Assembly: GCA_043228905.1 (NCBI GenBank)
Contig: JBHGNT010000002.1
Span: 4,092,001-4,156,000 of the forward strand
DNA length: 64,000 bases
Direction: 5' to 3'
Origin: Azolla caroliniana
Lineage: Eukaryota; Plantae; Polypodiophyta
Shown here piece after piece: positions 1 through 19,154 of the stretch. The notes below the pieces were generated by a model. The model was given only the letters and a program-made list of their open reading frames with translations. It ran no database searches and was not told the DNA's origin. Both the position numbers and the translations under genes were made by a program. Position 1 is the stretch's first letter; each line of letters opens with the position of its first letter.

Positions 1-1409
1 TCAAATATAATTTCCTATTAAGTCCTTAAGGTATGATTCCATAAACATCAAGATCCCATCCGGAAGTCAATGTATTTACGTGTTTATGTTGACTAGGAAA
101 TGGTTAAGATCATTTGCATACGTCACATCTTCAAATTCTAGAATACAATGACATTGAAAAATTATGCGAACGCAACCTGAATGGTCCTCAATAATCATCA
201 AGTAGAGAATGGTCTTCTATGCCGAAACACTTACAAATCTAAAAATGACAGCACGCGTTTGTATATGATATATTATGGTAAAGAACAACTTAGAATTAGT
301 CCACATTTTTAACTTGTGTATTTCTATGTTGTCATAATTAATTGCATCATGTAGAGTCCCATTGGATAAGGAAAACTACACATGCAATCAAATTGTGTGG
401 TTTGGAATGATTGTAAATCAAAGTGCATTTTTTATCATCTTACCGCATTTTTTTCAACCATGTGCCAAATGTGGGAGTGAACTTTGAGGCCATAATTAAA
501 TGAAATCTACGGTTGTTTGGTCTGAATTGGACAACCTACGACATATGCATGGAGAGGTACCTTTACCATTTAGTAGACATGAGCAAAGTGCAGGGATTCA
601 ACACACACCTAGAATAGGGTTGAAGACAAGACCTTTAGTCTTTACCAAACGAGCTTCCCATTCTTGACTTTGTTGATATCAACGCAACCTAAACAGTTGA
701 CCAATATGTCCATTCCTTTTTTCTTGTCAAAGTGGTGTTGTATTAAGACCCCATGGTAATATGAAAAATCAGTCCTTCTTGTCCCTCAAAGTTGTTGTAA
801 GACTAACTAACTAACATATTATGGCAAAAACCTTTTAAGGAAAAAGAGCCCGCAAAACCAAGTTTCCGATTTTTTAACAATCAATCTGCCATTTAATGAA
901 TGTGCCTATTACTATACTCCATTAGAGGCCATCAAACGATAACCCATTTCGCATACAACTCGAATTGTTCTTCTGGCCCTGATGCCCAAGATAGTATAAG
1001 CACTAGATTCTAGGATACATAAGTAACGCTCTTGTCTCTCTCGATGGAAGCCCATAGGTCATAGTTAATGACCAATCCCCCACAATCGGAGCATAACAAT
1101 GGAAAGGGCTCCAGCATCAGCACACTCCACATGTAGTAGTACTTTGGGTCTAGTGTCGTCCTCAAATCACTGTTTCGAGAAAGGGTGCTTCTCCCATCTA
1201 TTCGAACGTGCTCTAATTGTAAAGCCATCTCCATAGATTATTAACATATAAATCTCTCTTTTCTTTTCTTTTCGACCATTACATACATATGTCTCTCTCT
1301 CTATCTCTCTCTCTCTCTCTGGTGTCTCTCTCACTTTTATCAGATTGGATGGGCGAGACGTGTTTGGACCCACGAAGGAGTGATTGACCCAGTAGCAATA
1401 TGTACATCA

Positions 1410-1779
1410 TAAGAAGCAAGAAAGTCAAGATGAAGAAACATTCTCATGTGTACATGAATGTAGCCATACATACCTTCATCCATCCATCCATCCATCCATC
1501 CATCCATCCATACATACATACATACATACATACATACATACATAAGAAGAAGCAAGAAAGTCAAGATGAAGAAACATTCTCATGTGTACATGAATGTAGC
1601 CATACATACCTTCATCCATCCATCCATCCATCCATACATACGTGATACATTCATTCATTCATCCATACATCCATCCATACATCCATACATCCATACATCC
1701 ATACATACATACAAACAAGCAAACATACATACATACATACATACATACATCTACATACATCTACATACATATATGTATG

Positions 1780-1811
<32 letters not shown>

Positions 1812-1820
1812 TATATATAT
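1410..1820. repeat. Compound (CATC)n/(CATA)n/(TA)n microsatellite with a ~137-bp tandem duplication upstream of the GH1 gene
   Basis: aagaagcaagaaagtcaagatgaagaaacattctcatgtgtacatgaatgtagccatacataccttcatcc occurs at ~1411 and ~1548, followed by tetranucleotide runs. Confidence 0.9.
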
Positions 1821-1970
1821 GCATAGAGAAAAAGGAGAATAGATATTCATATATACCATATAAGACTCTGTATTTCTTTCTTGATTCTTTGAACAGCAGC
1901 AGGAGCAGGAGCAGGAGCAGCAGTAGCAGTAGCAGTAGCCTGTAGATTCAGTGTTGGTAGTTAAGAGTCC

Positions 1971-6344
<4,374 letters not shown>

Positions 6345-6882
6345 CAACTTATCAATAATACAATTGTTAAATCTATCATTATACATATAACTCACATAAT
6401 TATATGCCCTATAGGTTCATGAAAAATGCTATTTGCAATTCGTTTTAACTGACATCTATAAGTCATGGAAAACATTTGCATAACAATTGAAACCCTGCTA
6501 TGGATCCATTGTAGACAATCAACCCTTAACTAATGGAATTTGTTTTATTGTAGAACCATATAGTAGAGTCTAGGATCAATCTTGCAACTTCAATGTAATT
6601 TACTATACTCGTAACAGACATATGTCTATAGGCTATAACCACACATTATATACAAGGATAGATCTACCGTGCAAGGCTTGGTCTCACGACTTCTATGTAA
6701 ATGTATGTGCATCCAATGCTTGCAATCAATTGTCACTTTCATTAATGGCAAATTAAATTTCATTGAGTTTGTTTTATTCTAGACCTACTTATATCCAAGA
6801 ATCAATCGCCCAACTTCTATGTTTATTCCCTTCCTGTCAAAAGTATGCTTTTAAGACTTGTAATTAATTATCACTTTAAGGA

Positions 6883-7199
6883 AAACATATGCATTTAAAG
6901 CGTGCAATTCGTTATCAATTTATGGATGTGCATTAAATTTCATTAGAAGTCAATCCCAAAACATTATCTTTACTTTGTTCGCTAAAGATAATAAGTTCAA
7001 ATATAACGAGCATCACTTACAATTGTCAATTAGGAATTATTTTCTATATTCCTAGCAAACATATGCTTTTAAAGCTAGCAATGCATTATCAATTTATGGA
7101 TAAGTGCAATAAATTTCATTAGAAGTCAATCCAAAAACATTAACTTTACCTTGTTTGCTAAAGATAATAAGTATCAAATATAACGAGCATTGCTTACAA
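6883..7199. repeat. ~174-bp tandem duplication (2 clear copies, a more diverged one upstream)
   Basis: aaacatatgc...ttatcaatttatggat...aaatttcattagaagtcaatcc...ctaaagataataagt...aatataacgagcat occurs at ~6883 and ~7057. Confidence 0.8.
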
Positions 7200-10100
7200 G
7201 GATCAATTTCATGCATGAAGGGTCAAGGGAACGGTATTGTGATTAATTGTTATTGTGACTAATTGGAGTAGAAATTCAAATTTTTTATCTTATAATGTGT
7301 ACATCATCAACTAAAGCATAGTTTGGCTAGCTTAGGTCATTGTTTTTCCATTGAATCCCACATTGCCCATTATTCAACATCACAATGCTTTTGGCTTCAA
7401 TCATTTCCTTGTTCTGCATCTAATGCCAATTGTGGGAGTTCATAGAAAATTTTCCAAACTTATTTATTCCATGTATATATCTATAATGTGGTAATGACAT
7501 TGCCAACATACTTCAAATGTTTGCATACCAATGTTTGTCTTAATCTACAATGAGGAATATATACAATCTTAATCCACAATGGGCATTTGCCAATGTTGAG
7601 ATTGTTAGTGTTGGAAGATATAAAAAGGAAAGTTGTGCTATCGATATTTAGTGTTGAATGTCCCTTCCAAAACCAGGGCTTCGCTTGATTTCTAACAAAT
7701 TCTTTGGATTAAATTTTTTCCCAAACATGGATTGTCTGAATGCATGGATAAATCTTATAATAGTATTGAACCATCTCTAGTATGCTTAAAAATAGAGATG
7801 AAAAGGTGGTAGTGTCGCCTATGAATTGGCTTGTATCTTTTATCAAACAATACAAATTTCACATATTATAATATATTCATAAATCTTGATTGTTTGGCAA
7901 TTTTGTGTCAATAGCCCTACAAAATATTGCTCAATTGGGTACATGTGGTCAAGGATTCTTGTATGATCCATCCTTGGAAGCTAACATGCGAGAAATTAGA
8001 ATACAGAAGCCACAGTTATTTAGTTTGTATGAAGCATGGCCTTCATGTGAAGTGGAGAATTTGTCACTAAGGTTTGTTCATTGCTTAGTTAATGAATCCT
8101 TCATTAAGCTTTTTACATCACTTAGTTCATGAATTATCATCATCAATCTATGTTCATCATTAATGAGTGTCATGAATTTGTGAGTATGAGTTTGTAAATT
8201 ATCCTTGATGTAACATAAATAACCTCATATAGTAGAGGAGTGACAATAGCACGAATAAACATGATCATATTGAAGAAGGGTACTAGTAGTGGTACATATT
8301 GACATAATGAGCTCATGTAAGGCAAGTACTCATAAATAAGTTTCTTGTGGCACAAAGGTAGGAGTTATCGTGTATGACTTGTCAATGATCATTTCTCTTT
8401 ATATAATAAACTAGAAAGGTTGCATCAAAATTTTAACTTGAGATTGTCATAAAGGTTCATTCTTTTGGCATTCTTTATGTGCCAACCCTATCAAACTCAC
8501 ATAATTCATTTGGTCGAGCAATTTTCTTGCATCCGTTTTGCTTCACATCATCAAAGAATCTCAATCAAGATTAAGCTTTTATTTTTCACTTGCCTATTTG
8601 GTCAATACCACAACTATTTGAAGCACTCCCAATGTGAAGGGTATGAGATGTGAATTCATGAATTAGTCATTGTGTGTTTTCCACTCCCATAGATTAAAGA
8701 CCTTGAGGAACCCCTTTGAGAATGTTTGCGTCTATAACTTTACAAAAGAAATCAATGTATTAGAATAATGTTTCATTCCACTTTTGGGACATCATTGGTA
8801 CACAATAATAAGTAGAGAACATAAATACTTGTGTACTAGAGGAATATCACTAGTACGCGTAATTGAAGTTCATTATCATCACTAAATGTCGCTTGTTTGT
8901 GCAAACAGTATTTTGCATCTAGTTTACTTGAGGAATAACTTTCCTCACATTTTCCTCCATTGTTAGCATAGGTTCCTATGATCAAGGAATTGTTTCTTAA
9001 TCCTTCATTGGCGTCACAGTTTCATAAGGAGAAGGATCTATATTAAAATCAAACTTTGTTGCTTGATTGTCTTGCTATTTATCCTTGGTTGTTTTGGTTT
9101 CATGACAATTGGGCAACTCCTCATGGAGTTTTTGTGCTTGTGACATACTTGATAGGAAAAAGATTCAAGCCCAAGCCTTTAGACTTGTTTCCATTATTGG
9201 GTAATATTTGTGGTAAGCCAAATAGCTTAATTCGTGAGCTTCATTTGGTAAGATTTTTTTTTCCAAACTTTTCGAAACCTTCGGTGGGCTTTTTCCCGTA
9301 ATTTGAAAAAACATAAACAATTGCCCATTATGAGTGCTCCATTATATGGGCAAAGTCAAAGCAGTTTTGTGCTGAAAACGATATCAAAGATTATAAAGTG
9401 GTTTGTGCCCAAAGCATGCTCCATTAGTTGGTCACCTGTGGGACATATAATTAGCCCTTTTGCCCCAATGAAGGTTTGAGTTGGGTCTTCCAGCATATCA
9501 TGTTAAAGATTCGGGCATCTAAATCCTTTTTTTATTTTAAGTATGCAATCATTTAGTCATGAGAATTTTCCATGAATAGGGCATCAAATGGGCATTTTGA
9601 CTTATCTTAAAAGTAATGCTTGTTATTATTGATTTGGGAACATTTGAAATGAGCTTATAATGTCCACATTGATGCAAGATATCACATTGCTCTAAAGGAA
9701 TAAGCAACATAAACATAAGAGCTGAAAAGGTTACAACTTAAGAGCATGACAAGAAGAGGTTGAAGACCAGAATTTAAAAGATGGTGTAGGAAGAACAGAT
9801 TTGGATTAACAAGACAACACTTGAGAGAAAGTTTTTAGGCCAATAAGAGACAAAATTGTACAAGGGTAGCAAGAAGAAGAAGAAGATATTGACATGAAAA
9901 TTTCAATGGCAACTTAAACACATTAAGAGAAAATGCAATGACACACTGGACATATCACTGAGATTGAAGTTGCATGGAAGTATTACTTAACAAATTAGCA
10001 ATGATCATGTTTTTTGCAATGAACAAGAAACGCCAACCTTTCGTACATGTATCCCCTTTTTCTTCCAACATACCACTTTAACATAGGTCCCATTACATAA

Positions 10101-10465
10101 ACTAGTGTTGTCCAAGAATACTTCTTAGCACACAATTAACAGCAATTTGGGGATCCCCCTATGACATGTAAATCAATAGTAAGAAAAGAGCGTACACCAG
10201 AGGCTATGGTTGCTTCTGTATTGCACATGTGCATGCTTTAAAGTTTTCCTCTTGTCTACTTCCAAATGTTACTGTGTCTATGGATCATCATACAAAGTTA
10301 TAATGATTTAGGAGTTGATATCAAAATTTGTCGGATAAAGGCTATCTGGGTGTGTGTGTGTATAAATATGTATGATGTTTGTTGTTGCTTATCGTGTAGT
10401 CATATAGTTAAGATATTGTTATGGGTGAAAAATCTACGCAGCTATTGTTAAAGTAGTTATTTTCT

Positions 10466-12616
10466 TTAAGATCGGCCACATCCGCTTAGGCCTGAGATCC
10501 AATAGTCAGCCCCATTGTTACTTGAAACGACATTCCTGGTGCAAGAAATCGGTACCAAACAAAGTCCTCTGCTCTGTAGAGTCGACTTCGCATCACATCC
10601 CTGAAGGCATTAACATGAAACTTCTCAAAACATAAAATTTCATATTAAACAGAATGTGCACACCATATACAATATATTTGGATTGATTAAATATGGCAAA
10701 ACTTTTGATGTTTGTTTACCTTCTTGCTACTAGAGGCCATGTATGGTGAGCTCAAGACCTACATACGATGATCACTCTTCAATTTCCGAAGATTAGGTTA
10801 AAATCTTAGATTATATATGTTCAAAGTAATGATGTAAAACAGAGAATGTGCTATACTTTGCCAATGGATAGAGCTGACCTTTAAATGTGCAGACCAATAT
10901 TTAAAATCAGGAAAATGCTCACTAGGTATTGCTCATGCAAGAGGTTTTAACGTGCCAAATAGCTCAAACTTTACAATGTATGCATTCAAAGGTAATAATA
11001 TAAAGTAGAGAATTACATGAACTTGCTCTTGCAAGAATTTTATGTACCCAATTGCTTCCAACAACACGGAAGCTGTATCCGTCTACAAAAGAGAAAAACA
11101 AGAGTAAGATAATGTACATGCATGGAAGGCCTGTAAAGCATAACATACAAATATGTCTTGGAAATTTCACCTTTCCGAATGGAGACACTAATTCTTGCAA
11201 GGCTGTAATCTTGTCTCCAAACTTTCGCACATGACATTGATTGATCAGTGTCTGAAAGAGGAAAAAGTTAAAAAGACGGCAAAAACCATGAGCCATTTTC
11301 TTATCCAAATTCTGGGCCGCTATAGGATCATTCATTTATGTCAAATTAATACCCAATCACCCACGGATGAGTTCCTTTAAGTTCAGAAATTTCTATATCT
11401 CGAGTATCTTTATTACATGGCACGCACCCAATACTAAATCCTAAGTCCTAAAGCCACTGATCAATGATACAATGAAGAGCAGCTGACCATTGAACTCCAT
11501 TAAGTTCTATGGTTAAAGAATTTGGGTTTAGGCTTTAGGGCGGGGCGCTTAGATCCTAGTCCTTAGCTTGTATACCCCAAACCCATAGCCAAACTCACTG
11601 CCGCAATCTCTAAATTCCAGGAATCAATTAAACAATGTGTCCAGTTTAATGTAGTTAAGGATTGAGTTTAACAATTTTACCCCCACACTGGGGTCTAGGC
11701 TTTATGGTATTGAGAGTTTATGGTCCAGGTTCTACCATCTACATTTACTGTTTAACATTTTTAAAGTTTTTGGGCTCAGTTTCTCAAGCTCCAGTTTTGG
11801 GTTGGGATTGATATAAATAGAATGGAAATACTACACTAATTGTTTAGCCAAAGAAAAGAAATGATTGCTTCACTGACCTTGGATACTGGAGAACTTTGTG
11901 GGTCAATCTTAACCCTTTTGGAAACCTCATCTCGGAAGCTTGTTCCACTCCCAGATGGGGACATAAGAATGGAATTTATATCATTGTCTGGTAAGGGGTT
12001 CTGTAAAACAAAACAAAACCAAACCAAGAAAACCTTCAAATTCACATTAGGCTCTACCTATGTTCATATACACAAATATGTATATAAATACACATATACA
12101 TAAACGTAGATACAACAATATACATAGTACAGTCATTCGTTCAGAAAGTACAACATATATACGTATGTAGATGTATGTATGTATGTATGTATGTATAACC
12201 CTAAACCCTAAACCCTATGTATGTATGTATGTATGTATGTATGTATAACCCTAAACCCCAAACCCTAGACCCTATGTATGTATGTATGTATGTATGTATG
12301 TATGTATGTATAACCCCAAACCCTAAACCCTATGTATGTATGTATGTATGTATGTATGTATGTATATATATATATATCTGTGTGTGTGTATTAGCAACAT
12401 ATATACATGCATATTTATCTCCATATCTATGACATCTTTTTCTTAGGATACTCATGCGTACATTCGTTTTCCTTGCCAAATTTTGAAACAAAGGATGATG
12501 CATAGATGGTAATGGTATGGTTTACCGCATCAGCAAGGCCGTGCAAGGAATCGGAATCATGGAAGCTTACAGTTGAAGAAGAGACATGAATTACTCCTTC
12601 ATCTCCACCATGGGCA

Positions 12617-12648
<32 letters not shown>

Positions 12649-12732
12649 AGAAGAAGGGTTTCCTAGAAGAACAGGGTATTCATCTCTCTCCAGGATAGGG
12701 GAGAGATCAGGCCATATGCTCCTGGAATCCAT
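10466..12732 (-). CDS. bHLH transcription factor, subfamily X type (bHLH68/112/153-like); exons about 12732-12526, 12000-11878, 11251-11171, 11082-11017, 10758-10720, 10600-10466
   Basis: Spliced translation: [20 protein letters not shown]|[22 protein letters not shown]|VLSSPYM...|...[14 protein letters not shown]...NGADYW. The C-terminal RSRGLCLVP...ADFW-type motif is typical of this subfamily. Introns are GT-AG. The start codon could lie further upstream. Confidence 0.9.
12171..12389. repeat. (TATG)n microsatellite interleaved with telomere-like CCCTAAA units in bHLH intron 1
   Basis: aaccctaaaccctaaaccct blocks at ~12197, 12247 and 12312, separated by (tatg)n. Confidence 0.85.
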
Positions 12733-13078
12733 GGTATATAGCTGACAAGCTCCTCTGTTTCTGTTTCTAGAGACTGAAATGTGGGAAGAAGAAGGTTGGG
12801 GGGGAGCTGGAACAGAATGGACCCATGGAAACAAAGATTAAAAACACCCTTCTTTATATAATAATCAGATTTTTCACATGTGACATACATACACACACAC
12901 ACACAACACAACACAAAATACAAACAGAGAGATCTCTCCATGTGGTAGTGGTGTTAAACAGAGTACACAGTCTCTGTGTGTCTCTGTGTGTGTTGTGGGG
13001 TCCTCTGTTTCTGCCCTGCCATTCCATATTCCTTCTGCTTTTACACAATTTAAAAATTGCCTTTTTGTTTGACATATG

Positions 13079-13085
13079 TACATAT

Positions 13086-13148
<63 letters not shown>

Positions 13149-13369
13149 TATACATATACATACTGATATACATATATACACATACATATACTGATATACA
13201 TATATACACATACATATAACATATGCTGATATACATATACACATACATATACTGATATACATATACACATACATATGCTGATATACATATACACATACAT
13301 ATACTGATATACATATACACATACATATATTGATATACATATACTTATACATACATATCACACACACAC
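13079..13369. repeat. (TACACA)n microsatellite grading into a ~28-bp minisatellite
   Basis: Repeated atactgatatacatatacacatacat units. Confidence 0.85.
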
Positions 13370-13599
13370 AATTTGTTCTTCTTTCCGAGGCTCTCCTTCT
13401 TTATGCCTCCCGACCGAGTGTCCTCAAATCGTACACTTTTGTATTCGTGATTGGCTCAGGCCCCACCCGACCCGTTTGCTGGGTAGGGCCTCCCCCCCCC
13501 CCCCCCCCCCCAACCCCCTGTTGTCATCATTGGTCACCTCGAGCATATCTATGGGATGTGCTTGCTTCATGAATCGTGCGTTTTTTTGTTTTTTTCATC

Positions 13600-16500
13600 T
13601 AGAATCAGCCCAAATAGCTTACTCTGGTCGTTGTGCCCACACATAACCGGAAAATAGTTTGTGTTTTCATATTGGGATCCAAGGGAACATCCACGACAAT
13701 CTCAACACTAGAATCAATCGTTTGTCTCTAAAACGAATGTGGTCGTCTAGGGTTTGGTTTGCTAAAGCCCAACAAGAAAACAAACGATCAAGAAGTAGAA
13801 CAAAAAGCATTGGCCTTCTTATGAATGTGGGATAGACATCATCTTGTATGGGACTAGTCGCTCATGCTATGGAAATGCTACTTTGCATGGTGAAAACATG
13901 GTAGTTTGTACGTATCCCAAGTTGGACATCCACGTTGTGGGAATTGATCATTTGTTTTTTTTCTCGTGCAATTCTGATCATTTGAATTTCCATAAGTCAC
14001 TTTGACTCCTACATTATGTGAATTGGTTGTTTGTTTTTCCCCATTCATGCATGAATTTAGCTAAAACATTATCTCATTAGCTCACAAATTGTCATCGAGC
14101 TTGTGTAATGGAACATTTGATGGAGAATTATAATTAACTCCATGGCCTTCTAGTCCTCTTCTTCGATCTTATTGTGTTTCTCGCATCCTATTCCATATCC
14201 TTGACACACATTTGTTGAATTTGAGAAATGTGCTTTTGGCCTAACGTAAGTGAGAGTACACTGTTTCCAAGTGCTTGCAATGATGTTCGATGCGAGGGTG
14301 AAATGCTTCAGCCATCAAGCATTGTGATTTATTCGCATTTACTTGTCACACATGAGTCATGATGAAGAGTAGTGACAAGTGGGGATTTGGTCACATCATT
14401 GTTATACATATCCCTCCATACATTTGGAATTTCTTATTTGCTACTAGATCTTCTTTATTTCTATGTCATTGGGAAATCTTCCTTGTGGATGATCCTTCAA
14501 GCATTCTCTTGGTGGATAGGTCATCGTGGGACGTGTTTCATAATCCAAGTGGTCATAGTTGTGACATGTAAGAGCTCGAGGGGAAAGCTCACTCATGGTG
14601 AATGCCATTTCAACATCCCTTCACCACTTAGAATGGTTCAATGATGCATTAGAAAAGGTGGTTTTTAGCCCTTTGACTACCTACTGCTTGTTAGATGCCA
14701 AGCTATGGGAAATCGTTGAAGAATTATGTTCAATGTTTCTAGGACGAGGTTCGCAAAATTAAATCTTTAACAATGATCGTTGGCTCGTTGTTTGTGCTCT
14801 CTTGGCTTGGCCATATCTCTAGCAAAAACTATCAATGTCCCCTATGCACAACATCTTTGCCTTGGAGGCTATGATTCTAAAGTATTGTTACATCATTCAA
14901 GAAAGGGAACATAGCAAGTTACAACCTTACCAATGTTGTTTTCATCGCAATTGTAGGTTCCTTCAAAGGATCAACCCATATTGTCTAAGGAAATTTCGTT
15001 GTAAATCTCCAAATATTGTTTAATCTTGGAAGTAGGATACATACTAAATCCTAGGAATGTAAATACTAGAAAAGCATGTTTCTACATTGGCATCTTTTTT
15101 GACATATGTTCCCACTTATTAATCCAACACATGCGCTCATGTATGAAGATCTCACTCATGAGTGGGGATATTATGACTTGATTCTTGGGGATTGTGTTTA
15201 TAAACAAGGATGATGATAGAGGTAATGGGTGTAACTTTTTATACATATTGTTCAACCATGTCATATGCATAATTCTTGTATCACAACATTGACGGTATCC
15301 CCCCCTCGTGGCATGTGTTGGTTTTGTCATTAGTGTTCATTGAATTTGGTTGATGTTTGTTCTTTGCATTTCCTTAATGGCAATGACGAGTTACATTCAA
15401 CCTAAGCTTATCACAATCTACAATTTTCTTAGATTGAATCCTTCGATGTTGCTAATCATTCTTAGTCCTTATATAAATAAAGGTTGTGTCATCTTTTCAT
15501 CATTTACCTTGTAACTGTTTGCAATGTACATACAAGAATACCATCTTTCAAACATTGTTGTTAAGTACTTGTTTATGCCCTAATTAGACTTCATTAGAAT
15601 AATTAGTTTCATGCAATTAGGCTACATAATAATCTAACTTACTCGGGTAATTAGGTCGCATGATTATATTATTAGTCAATACACTTGACCTTTATCTTTT
15701 TCCGTTTGATCAAAGGTCTAGGTGTAAGGAAAGTTATCCCTCAATCTTTCTATAGTTCATTTGAGCAAGGTTATTATTTGTTTACATTATGTAAAAACGT
15801 AAACGGTATAATGAAGGAGTCTATATGTTATTTTCCCTATTTTGTAACAGCATTTATGGCTTGCTTAAATTAGTCATCGAGTGTTTGTTTCCTTCAAGCT
15901 TTTGAAAATTTATATGTGTGATTTTTCTTGCTAACTAAGGTGGTAACATCATCTCACATCTAATGCAATTAACAATGTATTTGTTCGTGCCATATCTAAT
16001 GGTTTTTGCACACGTATGAACTAGTTCTTGCATTCCTCCATTAATGTAGTGTTGAATATCATCCGGATGTTTCCGAACACAGGAGTTCATCATCATTGTA
16101 AGTTGTAACATGTAGATCGTGACAAAAATTTGCTCTAAAGGATTACATATACATATTTACATCCTAATTTAATATCGCATTCAAAGCTTTCACAAGCTCA
16201 ACACACATATTTCACCTAAAATATTACTTCAGTGGTATCATAAATGCTTTCTTGTCCTAGGAATATTCACTCCATACTCACAAGATGTGTACATTAGCCT
16301 CTTTATGATCTCCTCTTACATCTCATACTTCTACTCACATTGGTTCTTAGAAAATTTTGTCCTTGCTTCTTTACGAGTTCTTTATTAACGATTCCAAGTG
16401 GCTCACAAATCATTGACCTAGATTCCCCATGCAACCCACCGAGCTTTATAATGGTGGTTCTAGAACATGTTTTCCTTGTAAAGTCATACACACACTGTCG

Positions 16501-17800
16501 GCATATATTGACATGTAAATTTAAAGTGAGAATGGTAATTTATGATTATAACACCCAAAGCATACATTACATACTATTTTAAGGTCAGTATGAGAGCCTT
16601 GTGTGCCCATATGAGGTGGATTAATCATGAACGGTTCAAATCTTCATCTCCCCTAATTCGAAGCCCCCATCACACCATTCTTTCGTCTTGTCTTTTCAAG
16701 ATGTTAATGGAATTTGTTCACATGTCAACATGAATAGATATATGCAAGCAAACAATTTCTATAAGGGTCTCGATCCTTCATAATCGAGAAGTTTTGAATT
16801 ATTGCCTAGCGGCCACGGTTTCTTAGTAAAAAGGCGTGGTCTTTTGCCATCCTAACATCGATTATGTATCATTTGTTTTTTAATGTAACCCCATTGTTTT
16901 TGTTATAACTATACGCCAAACATTTGATCTTCTTCATTGTTGACGATCATGTTGCCATGTCAAACTCCACTATATTAATGCTTGCAAGACTCAAGTGCAC
17001 ATCTCATACCTTAAATAATCTTTCCTCTCCAAAGTCTGCTTTGATTGCTACCCTTAGAAAAAGGTATAAATCTATATCGAAGAGTACATCGATGTGGCCA
17101 ATACATCTTGGGCGAGAATCTCCTTTCAATTATTTCCATATCAAGAAATACTAATAACTAGCTCATGTATATACACACCTTTAAACTATAATGTTCTCAT
17201 ATAATAAGATCCAAAATGAGGAGCCCAGTCCATTTCATGGGCCTAATTCCATATTAAATGTTTCCACGTAAAACCAAAACTTTATGGTTCCATACAATAG
17301 GCATTAGCAAAAAATATGGTGAAAAAACTCATTTAATATGCAACATACTCCCATTTTAAATCCCTCTTCTCAAATAGTTTTTGTGTCGAGATGATGATGC
17401 ACAATCGTACCATGTATATTGTGCGAAAATGACATTGTTGGCCATCATATACTTTCCTTGCAATTTGTTAATGAATTGTGTGATTTTATCTAAACCCAAG
17501 AAGTGTTGGTAAAAAACGACAAATCCATAATGTAATATTTTAGGATGATCATTGATAATAATAATAAACTTATCACATAGTTGGTCTGGTGGGGAATTGT
17601 TAAACAACACACCTTATATTTTAATCTCATTTGTTCAGCATTACAAATAAGCCCATATGAGTAATTAAAACGAAAAGTGTTTGGAAAATGTGAAGCTTGG
17701 ACCCAATATCTTATTTTCTTGTGCGTGGTTTGCCATTTTATTTTGTACGTATTAAGGATGTAAAAGTTATGAAGGTTTCTCACATTACAATCTCAAGAAC
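13600..17800 (-). mobile_element. Possible highly decayed DNA-transposon (hAT-like) remnants
   Basis: Only weak fragments are visible, e.g. MTKPTHATR near 15330, resembling the hAT P..TRF motif. There is no intact ORF and no termini, so boundaries are uncertain. Confidence 0.25.
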
Positions 17801-19154
17801 ACAATGCACATACATATTTTCGAAAATAAAAGGTCGTGATTAAATGCTTGCTACTCTAGATATGGCATTTGATCATTGGATTGAGGATATATGACCTTTT
17901 AAATTCATGTGGATTGATGTTTTCATGTGAATGGTTATGCCGTTTGATTTGTTCCAGGGTCTCCATTCTAGTAGAAACGAATCATGTGAATTATGTGGGA
18001 ATATCATTGAAAAAACAACTTGGTAAGAGAGTAGGTGTACATCTCTTATGATCGTGGAATATCTCAACCTATCAATTTACATGCCACTAAAAGTGGTTTG
18101 ATTGGTAGTGAAAGCATAAACTTAAAGAATGTTTATTTTTGTAGTGGGCATCATACAAGTTGATTGATCAATGAAAACGAAGTTTTGTGGTGCATGCTTG
18201 ATGATTGAATCTCGACTTTAGTAACCACTATTAAGTGGATTGGTCTTCCAAGAATAAACTCTAACTGCATGCACAATCAAAGATATCATGAAATAGTTCA
18301 GACTTTAGTAATTGTCTTGTATGCAAAATCATTATTTAGCATTCAAAAAGCAAGATCTGAGTATCGATGATTCATACTCTAAGCTATTCATCTCTAAACA
18401 AACTCAAAGAATGTGGTAGTTGTGCATGCTTCTATTTAATACTTGTTTTAACTATTGATATTGGGCCATTGTTGTTAGTTTAACGATAAAACTTGGGGTA
18501 AACAAACAACCATAACTCATTTGTCTACACTCAAGTTTGATAGATAATAAAGCACATTCTACTTATCCAACACCTTTCAAGCTCTAGTTTACGATGAGTA
18601 ATCCTTAGGGTGTAATTCTAAACGAGAAGTTAGTTTGAACACTTTGTCATGTCCATTGATGTCCATGGCAATTCCAACGAGTCAATTTGCAAATTTGAAA
18701 GTTGTTAGTATTGCCTTTCCTTTTTCACTCACCTAAAAATGAATAATTATATTTTTATTTATTCATAATAATAATGTTAATTGCCTCTTGTTCTTCAACT
18801 TACTAACCAAAGTAATCACAAAAAAACACAAGAAAAAACTATTGAATTTTTCTAGTATTTGGAGTCACAAAAGATAGTAGGCTTGCTTACGGTAGATGTA
18901 GAAATGAGTGTTTACGAAAGCTACTGCTATATCAAATACTTGGTTGAGAATAACAAAATCTTAGTAATCTCAACCAAACGATTGGTTGAACATTGTCGAG
19001 CTGAAATTTGGATATAGTTTCGTTTTATTTATGTCTTATGTTGTTTTCATGTCATGTATTAGTACACTATATTTGAATTGTTGTCCTCACCAATATCCTC
19101 TAAATATCTCATGTATGCTAGTGGTTTATACATCTCTTTAATATATGTGTTTAT

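Noticed and set aside
1167-1842. Short ORFs rich in HTYI/MYVC (also 12217-13367 and 63642-63966)
   Set aside because: They are translations of microsatellites.
7300-9700. Possible gene or transposase
   Set aside because: It looks like decayed coding DNA, but I could not recover a diagnostic motif, consistent splice pattern or termini.
12197-12331. Interstitial telomere or chromosome-fusion scar
   Set aside because: Only 2-3 CCCTAAA units per block inside an intronic microsatellite; such motifs are scattered through the window.
13492-13511. C20 run as a regulatory G-quadruplex
   Set aside because: An isolated homopolymer of uncertain length with no supporting evidence.
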